Shown: piece by piece, positions 18,072-27,591 of the stretch
How positions within the stretch are numbered: position 1 is the stretch's first letter
How the letters are laid out: the number at the start of each line of letters is the position of its first letter
IMG/VR virus record: IMGVR_UViG_3300031539_000039
Location: 1 to 55,005 of that record
Length of the DNA stretch: 55,005 nucleotides
Source: a virus
Lineage: Duplodnaviria > Caudoviricetes
Direction: 5' to 3' (one strand)
Translations under genes and position numbers: made by a program
Notes under the pieces: generated by a model
Told to the model about the DNA's origin: nothing
The model's database searches: none
What the model saw: the letters and a program-made list of their open reading frames with translations, nothing else

Positions 18072-18566
18072 CTATTCGGGTGCATCATACTCAACTCTGA
18101 GTTTGGGCTCCCCTTCCACAAGTTCTACGTATAGGTTTGTGACTTTAAACATTCCGTCTGGAGCTCGTGTCATCACTGGGTTCACATCCAGCTCCTTGAT
18201 CCACATAGGAGCAAATAACATGTAGTCCGTGCCGTATGCCACCCCAATGGATTGATGCCACCCGGCCCAGTCAGGAGGTTCCTGTGTAAGCCCTCCGGGC
18301 ACCGACGAAGCGTATATGGCCCCATCCTCCCATGACCATTCGAGGTTGCTGACCAGTCCGTACAGCAGGATTCTGCCCTTGTAATTGGGGGGAAGATCGC
18401 TCAGCGCCATGCCGTAAGCTGGCAAGGTAGGAGACGTATTCCTATCTGCTTTGAACCATTTACCTGCGGTGAGGTGGACTAGATCATACTTGGCGAGAGT
18501 GTGTCCTGCGATACCCTCAGTTATGAGCCCGTCCCCTTCTCTTTTGGGCTTGATCACATATGGCAC
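18072..18566 (-). CDS. Head decoration/cement-like protein; paralog of 16352-17236
   Basis: Closely similar first ~125 aa. Confidence 0.65.
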   Translation of the reverse strand: MPYVIKPKREGDGLITEGIAGHTLAKYDLVHLTAGKWFKADRNTSPTLPAYGMALSDLPPNYKGRILLYGLVSNLEWSWEDGAIYASSVPGGLTQEPPDWAGWHQSIGVAYGTDYMLFAPMWIKELDVNPVMTRAPDGMFKVTNLYVELVEGEPKLRVEYDAPE

Positions 18567-18580
18567 ACAGGATACGACTC

Positions 18581-18919
18581 CTACCCGATGGGGCTGCTTG
18601 TCATCTTGAAGGCTATACCGCTAGAGGCAGTGGAATCAACAAGCATCTCCTTGTACATAGACTCGAGGCGCTTCAGGTTATCGGCACGGTTCTCACTGTG
18701 GCCGTCGAGGCTCTCCGACGCCGGGTCCTTCAGCATCACCCGGTACGCAGTCCAGGTCTTGCTGATAGCACGGAGAATCTTGCTATGTGTACTAGCAGAG
18801 TCGATCTTTACGTCGATAAAGGCGTCCGTCTCGTCTATGAGGTCCTGAATCTCAGCGGTCTCCATGTCGGTGTCCACGATTGCCTGCACGTCGTCGACGT
18901 TACAATAACTGGCTGTCAA
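18581..18919 (-). CDS. Head-tail connector (SPP1 gp15/HK97 gp6-like adaptor)
   Basis: YCNVDDVQAIV...IQDLID.....ID; AGGAG RBS before TTG. Confidence 0.75.
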   Translation of the reverse strand: MTASYCNVDDVQAIVDTDMETAEIQDLIDETDAFIDVKIDSASTHSKILRAISKTWTAYRVMLKDPASESLDGHSENRADNLKRLESMYKEMLVDSTASSGIAFKMTSSPIG

Positions 18920-18944
18920 GGTGTTCTCCTTTATTTAGGGGATG

Positions 18945-18972
18945 CTGAAATATATATAAGTTGAACTTCAAC
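18945..18972 (-). promoter_or_regulatory. TATA-box late promoter for neck/fibre genes
   Basis: CTTATATATATTT on the minus strand ~30 nt upstream of the TTG start, next to a GTTGAA-C-TTCAAC inverted repeat. Confidence 0.5.
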
Positions 18973-18973
18973 C

Positions 18974-19585
18974 TCAGGTTTCACCTGCCTCCTCAATAAG
19001 CCTGTATAGGACAAACGCCTCGAACAGCCTGCCTGGATGGAATGCCTTAAACGCGCGTGCCGCAGCCCGTCCCCTGATCCCCTCTATGTCATAGTAGGGC
19101 TTGTGCTCCTGGCTTCTGTGACACCTCACCGCCTTCGCCTTAACCTCGAAGTGCTCTGTGACATCGACATAATAGTTTGGCTCAAACCGCTCCGTCTGAG
19201 GAAGCTCGTAGAACAGAACCTTAGTCACATATCTACATGATGAGACGGCGATCCTCGACACCGCCCTGTGTCCCTGATGCGTATCCTCAAGGTAGGGAGC
19301 GAACACGACCTCGGGGTTGAGGGAATCGATCCGCTTCTTGAGGAGTTCGATGGAGTCGGCGTCAACAGGGATCTTCCCGTTCATGTAGCCGAATACCGTG
19401 ACCTTGGCGTCTATGAGGGCCGCACTCGCCTCCGCCTCCTTGATCCTAGTTTCCCTCGGTCCCCCGAGTTCGCCGGCACTGAAGATGAAGATGTGTACCT
19501 CGTGCGTCTTACTCAGCTTCGCCAGCGTGCCGTAGCATCCGAACTCCACATCATCAGGGTGAGCTCCGACCGCGACCACTACCAA
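18974..19585 (-). CDS. PIG-L/LmbE family de-N-acetylase
   Basis: GAHPDDVEFGC.GT, R..E...SA, DTHQGH, HRSQ, EAF; TTG start 19585 behind GGAGAG. Confidence 0.9.
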   Translation of the reverse strand: MVVVAVGAHPDDVEFGCYGTLAKLSKTHEVHIFIFSAGELGGPRETRIKEAEASAALIDAKVTVFGYMNGKIPVDADSIELLKKRIDSLNPEVVFAPYLEDTHQGHRAVSRIAVSSCRYVTKVLFYELPQTERFEPNYYVDVTEHFEVKAKAVRCHRSQEHKPYYDIEGIRGRAAARAFKAFHPGRLFEAFVLYRLIEEAGET

Positions 19586-20349
19586 GGCCGATACTCTCCT
19601 TCGTCCGCGTAGAACCGGAACCGGATGCCGCATCTGCGTAGCTGATTCTTGATCCTTTCCGTCTCTTCGGTGGAGGGGCCCTCGATAGTTCTCTCCTCCA
19701 TGTTGAAGATGGTGCCCTTGAACCTAATCTCCCTCTTGTAAAGCCGGAAAGGGAGTTGGAGATATGCGGCTATGCGGTCCACAAACAGGGTCTTCTCCCT
19801 CAGCGTAAGCTTTCTAGGGTAGACGTTCTCCTTCAGAACCTTGACGGGTATGCCTCCAGCGAGACAACCCGCCGGCAGGTCCCTGTTCACTAGGCTCATC
19901 GCCGCCACCACCACGTTGCTTCCTATGTGGACGCCAGGGTTGACCCAGGCGTGGGGAAGCCAAACCCTGTCCCCGATCGAGACTGCCTCGAACGTGACGG
20001 GGAACCCCTCATAGGCTGACAGATATGCGCCGTGGGTGAAGATGTTGGTGCCGATGCCGACGCCGCACTCGTCGCCGATAACAACCTTCCTCGCCGTGTT
20101 TATGTGGCTACCTTTACCCATGTGAAGCCAGTCGCCAGCTATGAGTTTCGACTGCAAATCAAAGCAACTCCCCCCACCTATATACGCGCCCTTGTCGAGC
20201 CAAGCCTCGCAGCCTATGTCGATATGCCTTCCCTCGATGACTGCACCGTCATTGATCACGGATCTGTCTCCTATGCTGATGTGCTCCGTGACGTTGATCG
20301 TGACATTCCTCCCGATCTTCACATCCCTTCCAAGTTCTGGCTCAACCAT
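19579..20349 (-). CDS. Hexapeptide-repeat (LbH) O-acyltransferase
   Basis: IGD..VI.., IFTHG, V.IGDRVW, V.AMSLVNRDLP...AGGIP. Confidence 0.9.
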   Translation of the reverse strand: MVEPELGRDVKIGRNVTINVTEHISIGDRSVINDGAVIEGRHIDIGCEAWLDKGAYIGGGSCFDLQSKLIAGDWLHMGKGSHINTARKVVIGDECGVGIGTNIFTHGAYLSAYEGFPVTFEAVSIGDRVWLPHAWVNPGVHIGSNVVVAAMSLVNRDLPAGCLAGGIPVKVLKENVYPRKLTLREKTLFVDRIAAYLQLPFRLYKREIRFKGTIFNMEERTIEGPSTEETERIKNQLRRCGIRFRFYADEGEYRPW

Positions 20350-21325
20350 TCTTCAGCATCTCCACGAACTCCCTAGCCCTGATCTCATGTGTGTGCCTCT
20401 TCAGGATCAGCCTTCGTCCGTTCAAGGCGATCTCCTCAGCCTCAGCCCTGTGCCTTGCGTAGTAGATCATCTTCTCCCTCCAGTCCTCCAAGCCGATCTT
20501 GATATAGTTCACACCATCCACAAAGCCGAGTTCCTCGGCCTCGGACGGCTCGTTCACCATGACCAGGCATCCGCATGCCCTTCCTTCAAAATGCTTCTGG
20601 ACGGGGCCGACATGGACGCCGGAGCCGAACGGAAGAATCCTACTCTGCCCCAGCATTTTCGCATACCTCTCCCCCACGTAATGGTTCCTGATCAGGTTTT
20701 CAACTTTCCTTTGATAAGTTTTTCCGGGGGGGGACGTTCTCATCACGTATCTGAGTCCATGCACCCCGCATAGACCTGGAAGACCTTCGTAGATGGCCTG
20801 TCTCAGAGGATATTTCCCTCCAACGGCGCCGAGGAAGCATATATCAATCGTCTTCTTTATGGGCCAGTAGTCTTCGGGGTCAATGCTCCATGGGAGAAAC
20901 AGCGGCTTAGCCTCAAGTGTCTTGAGGTATATATTCTCCGGCTCGGGAACGCCATGCACATACATATACTTCATAAAAACGGCGTCATATCCAGCCCGGT
21001 TTAGGAGCTCTATGAAGCCCGTCGCGTTTCCGATTCTCCAGTTGTATTTTCCATGCAGGTCGCTGATGAACACGCAGACCCGATAATCCCTCCGCTTCGG
21101 GGTTTTGAAGCTGTCGTTTTTGTTGTCAACCACCCAGTCAGGTGGGTCGCCTCCGTATAGCCGGTCAACCGTCTCGTTCATCTCTTCTCCCTCTCTGTGG
21201 AGCGGCCACCCCTCTCCCGCCCACATACAGTCAGCGGTTTTGGCGACGGCCCTCTCGAATCCATGATAGGTGCTGGGGGCCCCCACGCAGCCCTCCCCGT
21301 TCCTAGTCAAAAACAGTATCCTCAT
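20342..21325 (-). CDS. Glycosyltransferase GT-B (CgeB-like)
   Basis: FLPWSIDP, KHFEGRACGC, GFVDGVNY, IA.NG......HT...RA. Confidence 0.85.
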   Translation of the reverse strand: MRILFLTRNGEGCVGAPSTYHGFERAVAKTADCMWAGEGWPLHREGEEMNETVDRLYGGDPPDWVVDNKNDSFKTPKRRDYRVCVFISDLHGKYNWRIGNATGFIELLNRAGYDAVFMKYMYVHGVPEPENIYLKTLEAKPLFLPWSIDPEDYWPIKKTIDICFLGAVGGKYPLRQAIYEGLPGLCGVHGLRYVMRTSPPGKTYQRKVENLIRNHYVGERYAKMLGQSRILPFGSGVHVGPVQKHFEGRACGCLVMVNEPSEAEELGFVDGVNYIKIGLEDWREKMIYYARHRAEAEEIALNGRRLILKRHTHEIRAREFVEMLKNG

Positions 21326-22204
21326 TCAGCTCAGCCCCTCAATGGTTGTGATCCATTCCTCCGCTCTCTTCTTCCAAGTCCAGTTCTTAAGCACAAGTTC
21401 CCTGCTTCTCTCCCCCATTTCACGCTTTTTATCTGGGTTCTCCTTCAGGTAGATAAGCGCGTCAACAAACTCCTTCTTGGTGTTGCAGATGAATCCATTG
21501 CCATCTATCAGTCCCTCCCTGACATATCCTACATCCGTTGAGATGATGGGTAAGCCGCAAGCTGCGGCTTCAAGAAGCGTCAGCGGTCCCCCGGCCGATG
21601 AGAATGTACATAGAAAAACGTGTAGTTGGTTGTATCGTCTCGGCATCTTCTCACGCGGAACCCTGAATTTACCTCTCGTATCTATAAGATAACTTGTAAC
21701 TTGTGCGTTCGCGCAGATGGGGTTGAACCAATTATCTATCCTCTCCGCCCTACTCTTCCAGTTGTCCTGGTTTCCGCCTCTCCCGGTGATTCCGGCGAAG
21801 TGTCTCTTCTTAACATTCAGGGGTCGGAACATCTTTGTGTCTACGCCCGTGGGTCTGACGAAGAAGGTCGTGTACCGGAGCTTGTCGCGGATCAGGGAGC
21901 TGGACTGGGCGAAGATGTATTTGAAGATGCTCCAATCCTTTATCCTGCCGTAGGTCTTCATCCCTCCCAGCCAGGCGATGAATTTGGGGCGGATCTCCTT
22001 CTTGAAGAGCGTGGTTTCGTAGGTGTCCTGCCCGAGTAGTGGGCTGATTATCCAGTCGTATTCCCTGAGGTTCTTCGTGATCTTCTGGGTGTTGATCAGG
22101 TCGAAGGTGTAGCTGGGTCTGTCCACCCACCTCTTGAAGTCCTCCATGATGAAGTTGAAAGCCCACCGCTGGCTCCCTTCAGGGCATAGGAGGGCGATTC
22201 TCAT
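21326..22204 (-). CDS. Glycosyltransferase GT4
   Basis: PTGVDT..F.P; GGPLTLLEAAACGLPIISTDVG. Confidence 0.9.
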   Translation of the reverse strand: MRIALLCPEGSQRWAFNFIMEDFKRWVDRPSYTFDLINTQKITKNLREYDWIISPLLGQDTYETTLFKKEIRPKFIAWLGGMKTYGRIKDWSIFKYIFAQSSSLIRDKLRYTTFFVRPTGVDTKMFRPLNVKKRHFAGITGRGGNQDNWKSRAERIDNWFNPICANAQVTSYLIDTRGKFRVPREKMPRRYNQLHVFLCTFSSAGGPLTLLEAAACGLPIISTDVGYVREGLIDGNGFICNTKKEFVDALIYLKENPDKKREMGERSRELVLKNWTWKKRAEEWITTIEGLS

Positions 22205-22803
22205 CTCTTTTCCTCCCGTTTGAAGACATATATGGCCCCCCGCTTGTTATGATCCCCTGGATCTCCGCCTCTCCTATCGATAAGCTTGAACCCGCCTCTC
22301 TCGAAGATGTTCATGTATTTTTCGAGGGGGCGAAAATAATGGATTATGCCGTCTGTCACTCCGCGTCCGGGTTTGGGTTTGATCCAGTTATATAGAAGTA
22401 TGAGGGCTGTGGAGTAGTGGCAGAGGTTCTCCAGTATCTTCATGAAGACCGCTTCATCCATCTGGTGGATAAGAACGTCGAAGCAGAAGACGACGGGGGC
22501 GCGTAGCCCGTCTATCCTGTCCTCGGCGTGGCGTAGGATGAACTTCCAATGGGGTCTCGCCTTTCTGTCCCTCTCTATGATCGTATTTGAGAAGTCTATG
22601 CCTATGTAGTCGTTGCAGTCTCGGTCTTCCCAGAAGGTGAGGTCCCCGCAGCCCACATCTATCACATGGTCCACCTCAGAGACGTACTCCTCTATAATTC
22701 CCCATTTCCATTTACGGTGTTCTCCGACGGATCCGTGGCCGCTGCGCCCGCCTCTGGCGTAGTGTCTCTCCCACCACTTCTCTTCAGCTGTGCTCGCGAT
22801 CAC
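22201..22803 (-). CDS. Class I SAM-dependent methyltransferase
   Basis: WE.HY..GG.SG.GS; VIDVGCGD; YIGIDFS; FDVLIH. Confidence 0.85.
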   Translation of the reverse strand: MIASTAEEKWWERHYARGGRSGHGSVGEHRKWKWGIIEEYVSEVDHVIDVGCGDLTFWEDRDCNDYIGIDFSNTIIERDRKARPHWKFILRHAEDRIDGLRAPVVFCFDVLIHQMDEAVFMKILENLCHYSTALILLYNWIKPKPGRGVTDGIIHYFRPLEKYMNIFERGGFKLIDRRGGDPGDHNKRGAIYVFKREEKR

Positions 22804-23360
22804 AATGCCTCCTCCTTTATGAAGCTGAATATTATCGTTCCCATCTTGTCAGCGGCGTCCTGATGGAATGGTTTTAGTCCGATCCTGTTCACCGTCTTCA
22901 CTATGTCTGCGTAACGGATCTCTATTGTACCCTTGTCGTGGGCCATTATCACGTCTCCCTTCTTGAGGAGCGGTGCGTAGAGGTTGAACTCCTTTATCTT
23001 CTGCGCGTCACAGTAGATCATTGTCCGGCCTAGGATGATGAGTTTTGAGACGAGTTTCACCGCCTCATCTGACAGCACATCCATCCGCAGGAAGGTCAAT
23101 GGTATTAGAGGCTTCAGCTTGGCGTAGAGGTCCTGCAGGGGCTCACCTGATATGTCGAAGGTGTAGGCGTGTCCTCCGACGCGTAGGGCGTGTAGACCGA
23201 GGAGGAGGCTCAAGCCGCCCTTCGCCGTCCCGAACTCGATGAGTGTCTTGAATGTCTGCTCTGTGAGAACCTGATCTATGAAAGCGATCTCTGCGTAGCT
23301 GTGTTGAATCCTCTGGCCTAGAACCGTGTTTCCACGCCTGTTTCTTAGATCTGTGTTCAT
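22800..23360 (-). CDS. SAM-dependent methyltransferase (CmcI/Methyltransf_24-like)
   Basis: LIEFGTAKGGLS; TFDI; LLKKGDVIMAHD. Confidence 0.8.
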   Translation of the reverse strand: MNTDLRNRRGNTVLGQRIQHSYAEIAFIDQVLTEQTFKTLIEFGTAKGGLSLLLGLHALRVGGHAYTFDISGEPLQDLYAKLKPLIPLTFLRMDVLSDEAVKLVSKLIILGRTMIYCDAQKIKEFNLYAPLLKKGDVIMAHDKGTIEIRYADIVKTVNRIGLKPFHQDAADKMGTIIFSFIKEEAL

Positions 23361-24116
23361 CTATTTCACCTTGTAGCCCCATTTCTTCATAAAATAGTTG
23401 TTCATCCTTTCAGTCATATCAGGGGCGCCTCGCTTGTAGCCTGGAGGATTGGACACCCACTTCATCTGTCCATCGACCATCATGAGTTTGTGGTAGGCTC
23501 CAGCGTCGCCGCACACCGCCATCCTCAGCCCCCGGGCCTCCAGCTTGTTAGCGTAATCCCAATCCGTTAGGCCGACCTCGTAGTTCGGGTCGGGAATGAC
23601 AAGCGGCTCCAGCCTTATCAGCCGAAAGCCGTTGCTCACGTAGTCAGCCTCGTGAACTCCGGGCATCCACCCGTAGTTTCTGTAGTGGATACCATTCGGG
23701 TGTGGGGTCTTCCTTCCACCCAACATGTATTTTCTCCTCTTGTCTATGAGGAAACCGGAGATGGAGTGAAACTCGGGGTGCGTGTCCGCCGCCTTTACTA
23801 GGTTCTCTATCGCGCCGGGAAGCAGGCAGCAGTCGTCGTCCACGGTCACAACATACTCGTAACCCATGCCATGCGCCATCGTGAAGACTGCGGCTCTCGC
23901 CGCTCCAGGCCACTTCGCAGGTTTGTTGAGGATATAGTTCACCTCCGGCCTGCCCCGCCACTCCTCGATCACCTTCATCTGCTCCTCGCTCTCGTCGTTC
24001 TGGTTGACTAGAAAGAGCATAATGGGGATCTCCGTCCTCGCGATGCTCATGAGGCATTGGCTTAGGAACCGGGGTCGCTTCAGCGTCAGGACGGACACCG
24101 CGACTCTGGGCATCAT
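23361..24116 (-). CDS. Glycosyltransferase GT2
   Basis: VLTLKRP, YVVTVDDD, DWDY; ATG 24116 coupled by ATGA overlap; paralogous to C-half of 24943-26418. Confidence 0.8.
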   Translation of the reverse strand: MMPRVAVSVLTLKRPRFLSQCLMSIARTEIPIMLFLVNQNDESEEQMKVIEEWRGRPEVNYILNKPAKWPGAARAAVFTMAHGMGYEYVVTVDDDCCLLPGAIENLVKAADTHPEFHSISGFLIDKRRKYMLGGRKTPHPNGIHYRNYGWMPGVHEADYVSNGFRLIRLEPLVIPDPNYEVGLTDWDYANKLEARGLRMAVCGDAGAYHKLMMVDGQMKWVSNPPGYKRGAPDMTERMNNYFMKKWGYKVK

Positions 24117-24946
24117 ATCATCACACCCCAGTCGCACGCATTCCGCCTGATTGAATACTCGCTTTTCTTGATCAGTCGGTTTATCTCGTATTGACGTTGC
24201 ACGATCTCCATCCCAATCGACTGGTGTAGCCTCATCGGAGGATGCCACTGATGGTAGAACCGCATGTTAGGATCATAGTTTTCCTCTATTTCGTAGCTCT
24301 CTATTTCACGGTCTATCTCAGCTCGTCTACGCAAGTCGCCGTCCTCATGGCCATACATCTTCATCCTCTCGTCGAAACCCCTCACCTTCATCCACCAGCT
24401 TTGTGGTGCGCTCATGAAGCCTCCGACGCTTCTTTTGATATACCTCGGATTGCCGGCTCTTAGCTTCTCATAGTCTCTAGGCAGATCCATGTTTTCAACC
24501 TCAACAGTCTCGTCTAAAAGGTAGGGTGCCATCATGATCAGCCGAGGCCTCTCTATGTGAATGTTGAGGGCGCATTTAAGAACCGAAGGCATCAACACGC
24601 AGTCTGCGTCCAGTGTCGCAACGTATTCGCCTCTCGCCCTCCTCAGCCCAATGTTCCGCGAGAGTGACATGCTCCACGCGTCCATGGTTGGGAAGCGGAG
24701 CACGGTGCAGTCGAACGGCTCAAGCGTCGCCATCAACCGCCTGTGGTTCTCAGGGGTGGAGCCGTAGTCGACTACGATTACCTCAAGGCTTCCCACGGTT
24801 TGAAGCTGAAGGCTCCTCAGGCAGTTCCTCACCCTCGCGCCATAAAGGTTCCCCACGGGTACGATGATGGAGTAGATGGGCGCCTCTATCTCCTGAACAC
24901 GAACTATCTCAACATACGGGGGCCCGGACTGCCTGCGGCTCTTCAT
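24113..24946 (-). CDS. Glycosyltransferase GT2 (galactosyltransferase-like C-terminus)
   Basis: SIIVP, VIVVDYGS, SRNIG..ARGEY...LDAD, GFDE...YGHED.DL, HQWH. Confidence 0.9.
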   Translation of the reverse strand: MKSRRQSGPPYVEIVRVQEIEAPIYSIIVPVGNLYGARVRNCLRSLQLQTVGSLEVIVVDYGSTPENHRRLMATLEPFDCTVLRFPTMDAWSMSLSRNIGLRRARGEYVATLDADCVLMPSVLKCALNIHIERPRLIMMAPYLLDETVEVENMDLPRDYEKLRAGNPRYIKRSVGGFMSAPQSWWMKVRGFDERMKMYGHEDGDLRRRAEIDREIESYEIEENYDPNMRFYHQWHPPMRLHQSIGMEIVQRQYEINRLIKKSEYSIRRNACDWGVMI

Positions 24947-26418
24947 CGGGGGAGCACCCTGCGAACAGGTTTATCCCATAGCTTTGGCTGAGCTGGTTCG
25001 AATCCCCACTTCTTTTTGAAACGATCCTTAGAAGCTTCATTTCGTTTAATGTCTCGACGCAGCAGATTATACTCAGCGCTGTCATAACAGGGTATAATTC
25101 CTTTAGAGGTGACTAGATATTTATGATGGGCCACGGCGTCTCCGCAGACAGCCATCCGAAGCCCCGCCTTCCTTATCTCTTGGCTCCAGTCCCAGTCATT
25201 CCATCCAAAGTCGTATTCTGTATCGTAAGGAATAAGCGGGTCTAGTTTGAAGGCTGTGAAGCCAGAGGATACAAACTGCACCTCCGCGGTTTGCTTCACC
25301 AAGGGAAGAACGTGGTGCTGTGTTTCACCCTCTTCGTGGGTTATGTAGCCGCCTAACATTCGATTCATGCCTTTCTGGATGACGCCGCCTGCTATGGCGT
25401 GGTATTGTGGGTTTTCCGCTAACGCTCTGATGAGGGCTTCAATGCTTCCTGGGTGTGGTAAGATGTCATCATCGAGGGTTAACATGTATCTGTACCCTTC
25501 CTTTCCGAAAGCCTCCATCGCCTCTGTTCTGATCTCTGAGAGTTTTCGTGGCTCTGGGTTGTCAATGACGTCTACAGCCCATCTACCTCGCCAACACTTC
25601 AGAGCCTCCATCTGCTTGGGACTCCTGTCGCCTTGGTTGACTAGGCGAACCTTCAGGGGCATCCTGGTCCTGAAGATTGCTCTCATAACTTGGTCGATAT
25701 AGTAGGGTCGTTCCAGCGTCGCAACTAGGACCCCTACCTCTGGGTTATACGGGGTCACTCTATGGAGATTGTCCTTGTAATCCATCCGTTTCTTCGCCCA
25801 TAAATCCATGTTTCTCTGCTGGTTCGGGTGGACTCTCAGGTGGTGTTGATGACTGCCCTTCAGACCAGGCTCGTATCGAAGCCTTATGCCGCTATGGTAA
25901 CACCTCGCACCAAAGTCGTGATCCTCGGCACCCCAGCCAGAGTCGTATTCCGTGTCGAATAAACCCACGAGCTTTGCTCTGCTCCTTGAGAACAGCATAC
26001 ATCCATCCAAGGCCTTCCAGGCGCCCATGTAAGAATCATCCAGCCACCTGGAGCCCTCACCTGGTGTTGCTTGGTTCCCTGTAAACAGGACACTTGGATC
26101 AAAAACTCTGCGTGCATTCTCTAGGAAGTGTGGGTTCGGGATACAATCGGGGGCAAGGATGGTCACAGCGTCGTTCTTAGCGGATCTTATACCAAGGTTG
26201 CGTAGAGTGTTCAGCCTGTGAATGCGTTGGTCAAGTTTCGGTGGCCTCACAATAGTTAACGCCTGGCAGCCGCATATGCCTATGCCTGAGGGAGAGTGGT
26301 CGTCGACGACGATCACCTCATCGTCGGGGTTCAGCTGAAGTTTGAGTTCATTGAACGTCTTTTTGAATGCCCTCTTCTTCTCATAGAACGGGATCACTAT
26401 GCTTATGCCTATTGCCAT
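24943..26418 (-). CDS. Two-domain GT2 glycosyltransferase
   Basis: ISIVIP..VVDDHS..LRNLG..FDTEY..WGAED; second domain LTLDDD..DWDW. Confidence 0.9.
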   Translation of the reverse strand: MAIGISIVIPFYEKKRAFKKTFNELKLQLNPDDEVIVVDDHSPSGIGICGCQALTIVRPPKLDQRIHRLNTLRNLGIRSAKNDAVTILAPDCIPNPHFLENARRVFDPSVLFTGNQATPGEGSRWLDDSYMGAWKALDGCMLFSRSRAKLVGLFDTEYDSGWGAEDHDFGARCYHSGIRLRYEPGLKGSHQHHLRVHPNQQRNMDLWAKKRMDYKDNLHRVTPYNPEVGVLVATLERPYYIDQVMRAIFRTRMPLKVRLVNQGDRSPKQMEALKCWRGRWAVDVIDNPEPRKLSEIRTEAMEAFGKEGYRYMLTLDDDILPHPGSIEALIRALAENPQYHAIAGGVIQKGMNRMLGGYITHEEGETQHHVLPLVKQTAEVQFVSSGFTAFKLDPLIPYDTEYDFGWNDWDWSQEIRKAGLRMAVCGDAVAHHKYLVTSKGIIPCYDSAEYNLLRRDIKRNEASKDRFKKKWGFEPAQPKLWDKPVRRVLPR

Positions 26419-27161
26419 GTTATCCCTCTGATCTTCTCAAACAGAGTGTCTGGATGCCCCTTATAGCTTAGGGGCCACTCCGGTAGGTGACCACAGTAGA
26501 CGCCACCGTGAACTCTCACGGAGAACCCCATCTCGGCGGCGTCGATGAAGAATTGAAGCTCAGGGCCAAGGAGGTATTTTCTGTCTCGTACAATCTGGTA
26601 TCTCAACGGGGCGTGGTGGCGAGAATACCGGAGGAATGCCCGCCTCTTCGCGAGGATGCAGAAATTCCCTGTAGCCACGAAGCTGTCGTGGCCCACGACA
26701 TTGTCCTCTATGTCTATGCGTCTGTAGAAGCGCAGGGCGCCCCCGGGGAGCTGCCAGCCCACGGTTGTCTCGTTCCAGTCATTATGCGTAGGACTCACGC
26801 CGCTCGCGATGTCAACGTCCAGGCGGATCAGCTTCTCGAGGGCGTCTGGCGGCAGTTCGCAGTCGGCGTTCACAAGCCAGATGTGGGTGCAATCCGTCTC
26901 TAGGAACCTGTCGATGATGTCATTCAGCTTGCCAGCCACGAGATCCCTCTGGCTTCCCGTCGCGGCTGCTGGAGGGGTAACCCAAGGATCAAGCATCGTG
27001 ACGGCCGTCACCTGGGCCTCTATCGATCTGACGGCTTCAGGTAGGAAGGATTCACACCGTCCTCCAATACCTAAAAAGGGGATGCCTACGAAGACTCGAA
27101 GGGTGCCCTTAAGGACTCTTCTAGCTTCCGAGCTTCCCTGACCAAGTCTGCTTTTCTCCAC
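26409..27161 (-). CDS. GT-A fold glycosyltransferase-like protein (start uncertain)
   Basis: VFVGIP, FLETDCTHIWLVNAD..LPPDAL.KL...DIASG, G.FCIL..R, F.......GF......V.CGH. Confidence 0.75.
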   Translation of the reverse strand: MEKSRLGQGSSEARRVLKGTLRVFVGIPFLGIGGRCESFLPEAVRSIEAQVTAVTMLDPWVTPPAAATGSQRDLVAGKLNDIIDRFLETDCTHIWLVNADCELPPDALEKLIRLDVDIASGVSPTHNDWNETTVGWQLPGGALRFYRRIDIEDNVVGHDSFVATGNFCILAKRRAFLRYSRHHAPLRYQIVRDRKYLLGPELQFFIDAAEMGFSVRVHGGVYCGHLPEWPLSYKGHPDTLFEKIRGITWQ

Positions 27162-27580
27162 TGTGAGTCCACTTCTCCGCCACGCTGCTCAATGAACAGC
27201 CTGAGGCTCTTGACGGTCATCTCGTCATACAGTATCTCGTCTATCGGAGTTTCAGGGTACACCTTCACGGTGAGCACATCCCCCAGTTCACCTGAATGAG
27301 AAGTAAAGACTTCGCTTGCTTCACTTTCAACGTATAGGGACTTGTCCTCATCAGGAGGCGGCGCTATGTCCACGGCGTCAACCGGCACGAACATCCCCTC
27401 GATGAAGACGCTGTCCATGAGGCTCTCCTTGGGGATCACGAGGTCAGGGATTTCATCGAGGAGTTCCCACCACGCGTCCTGGGAGTACTCCAGTGGAAGC
27501 CTTCTGATCTCACCTTTCTTGTAGGCGGGTGAGTTATGCGTGGGCGTGAAGCGCATCCTGTATTTTAGTCTCTCGTCCAT
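27086..27580 (-). CDS. Hypothetical protein with C-terminal HeH/SAP/Rho-N-like domain; paralog of 27592-27891
   Basis: YDEMTVKSLR.FIEQRG......RKADLV; N-terminus MRF.P...GEI..LPLE....AWWEL.DE shared. Confidence 0.65.
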   Translation of the reverse strand: MDERLKYRMRFTPTHNSPAYKKGEIRRLPLEYSQDAWWELLDEIPDLVIPKESLMDSVFIEGMFVPVDAVDIAPPPDEDKSLYVESEASEVFTSHSGELGDVLTVKVYPETPIDEILYDEMTVKSLRLFIEQRGGEVDSQWRKADLVREARKLEESLRAPFESS

Positions 27581-27591
27581 CCTGAATCCAC

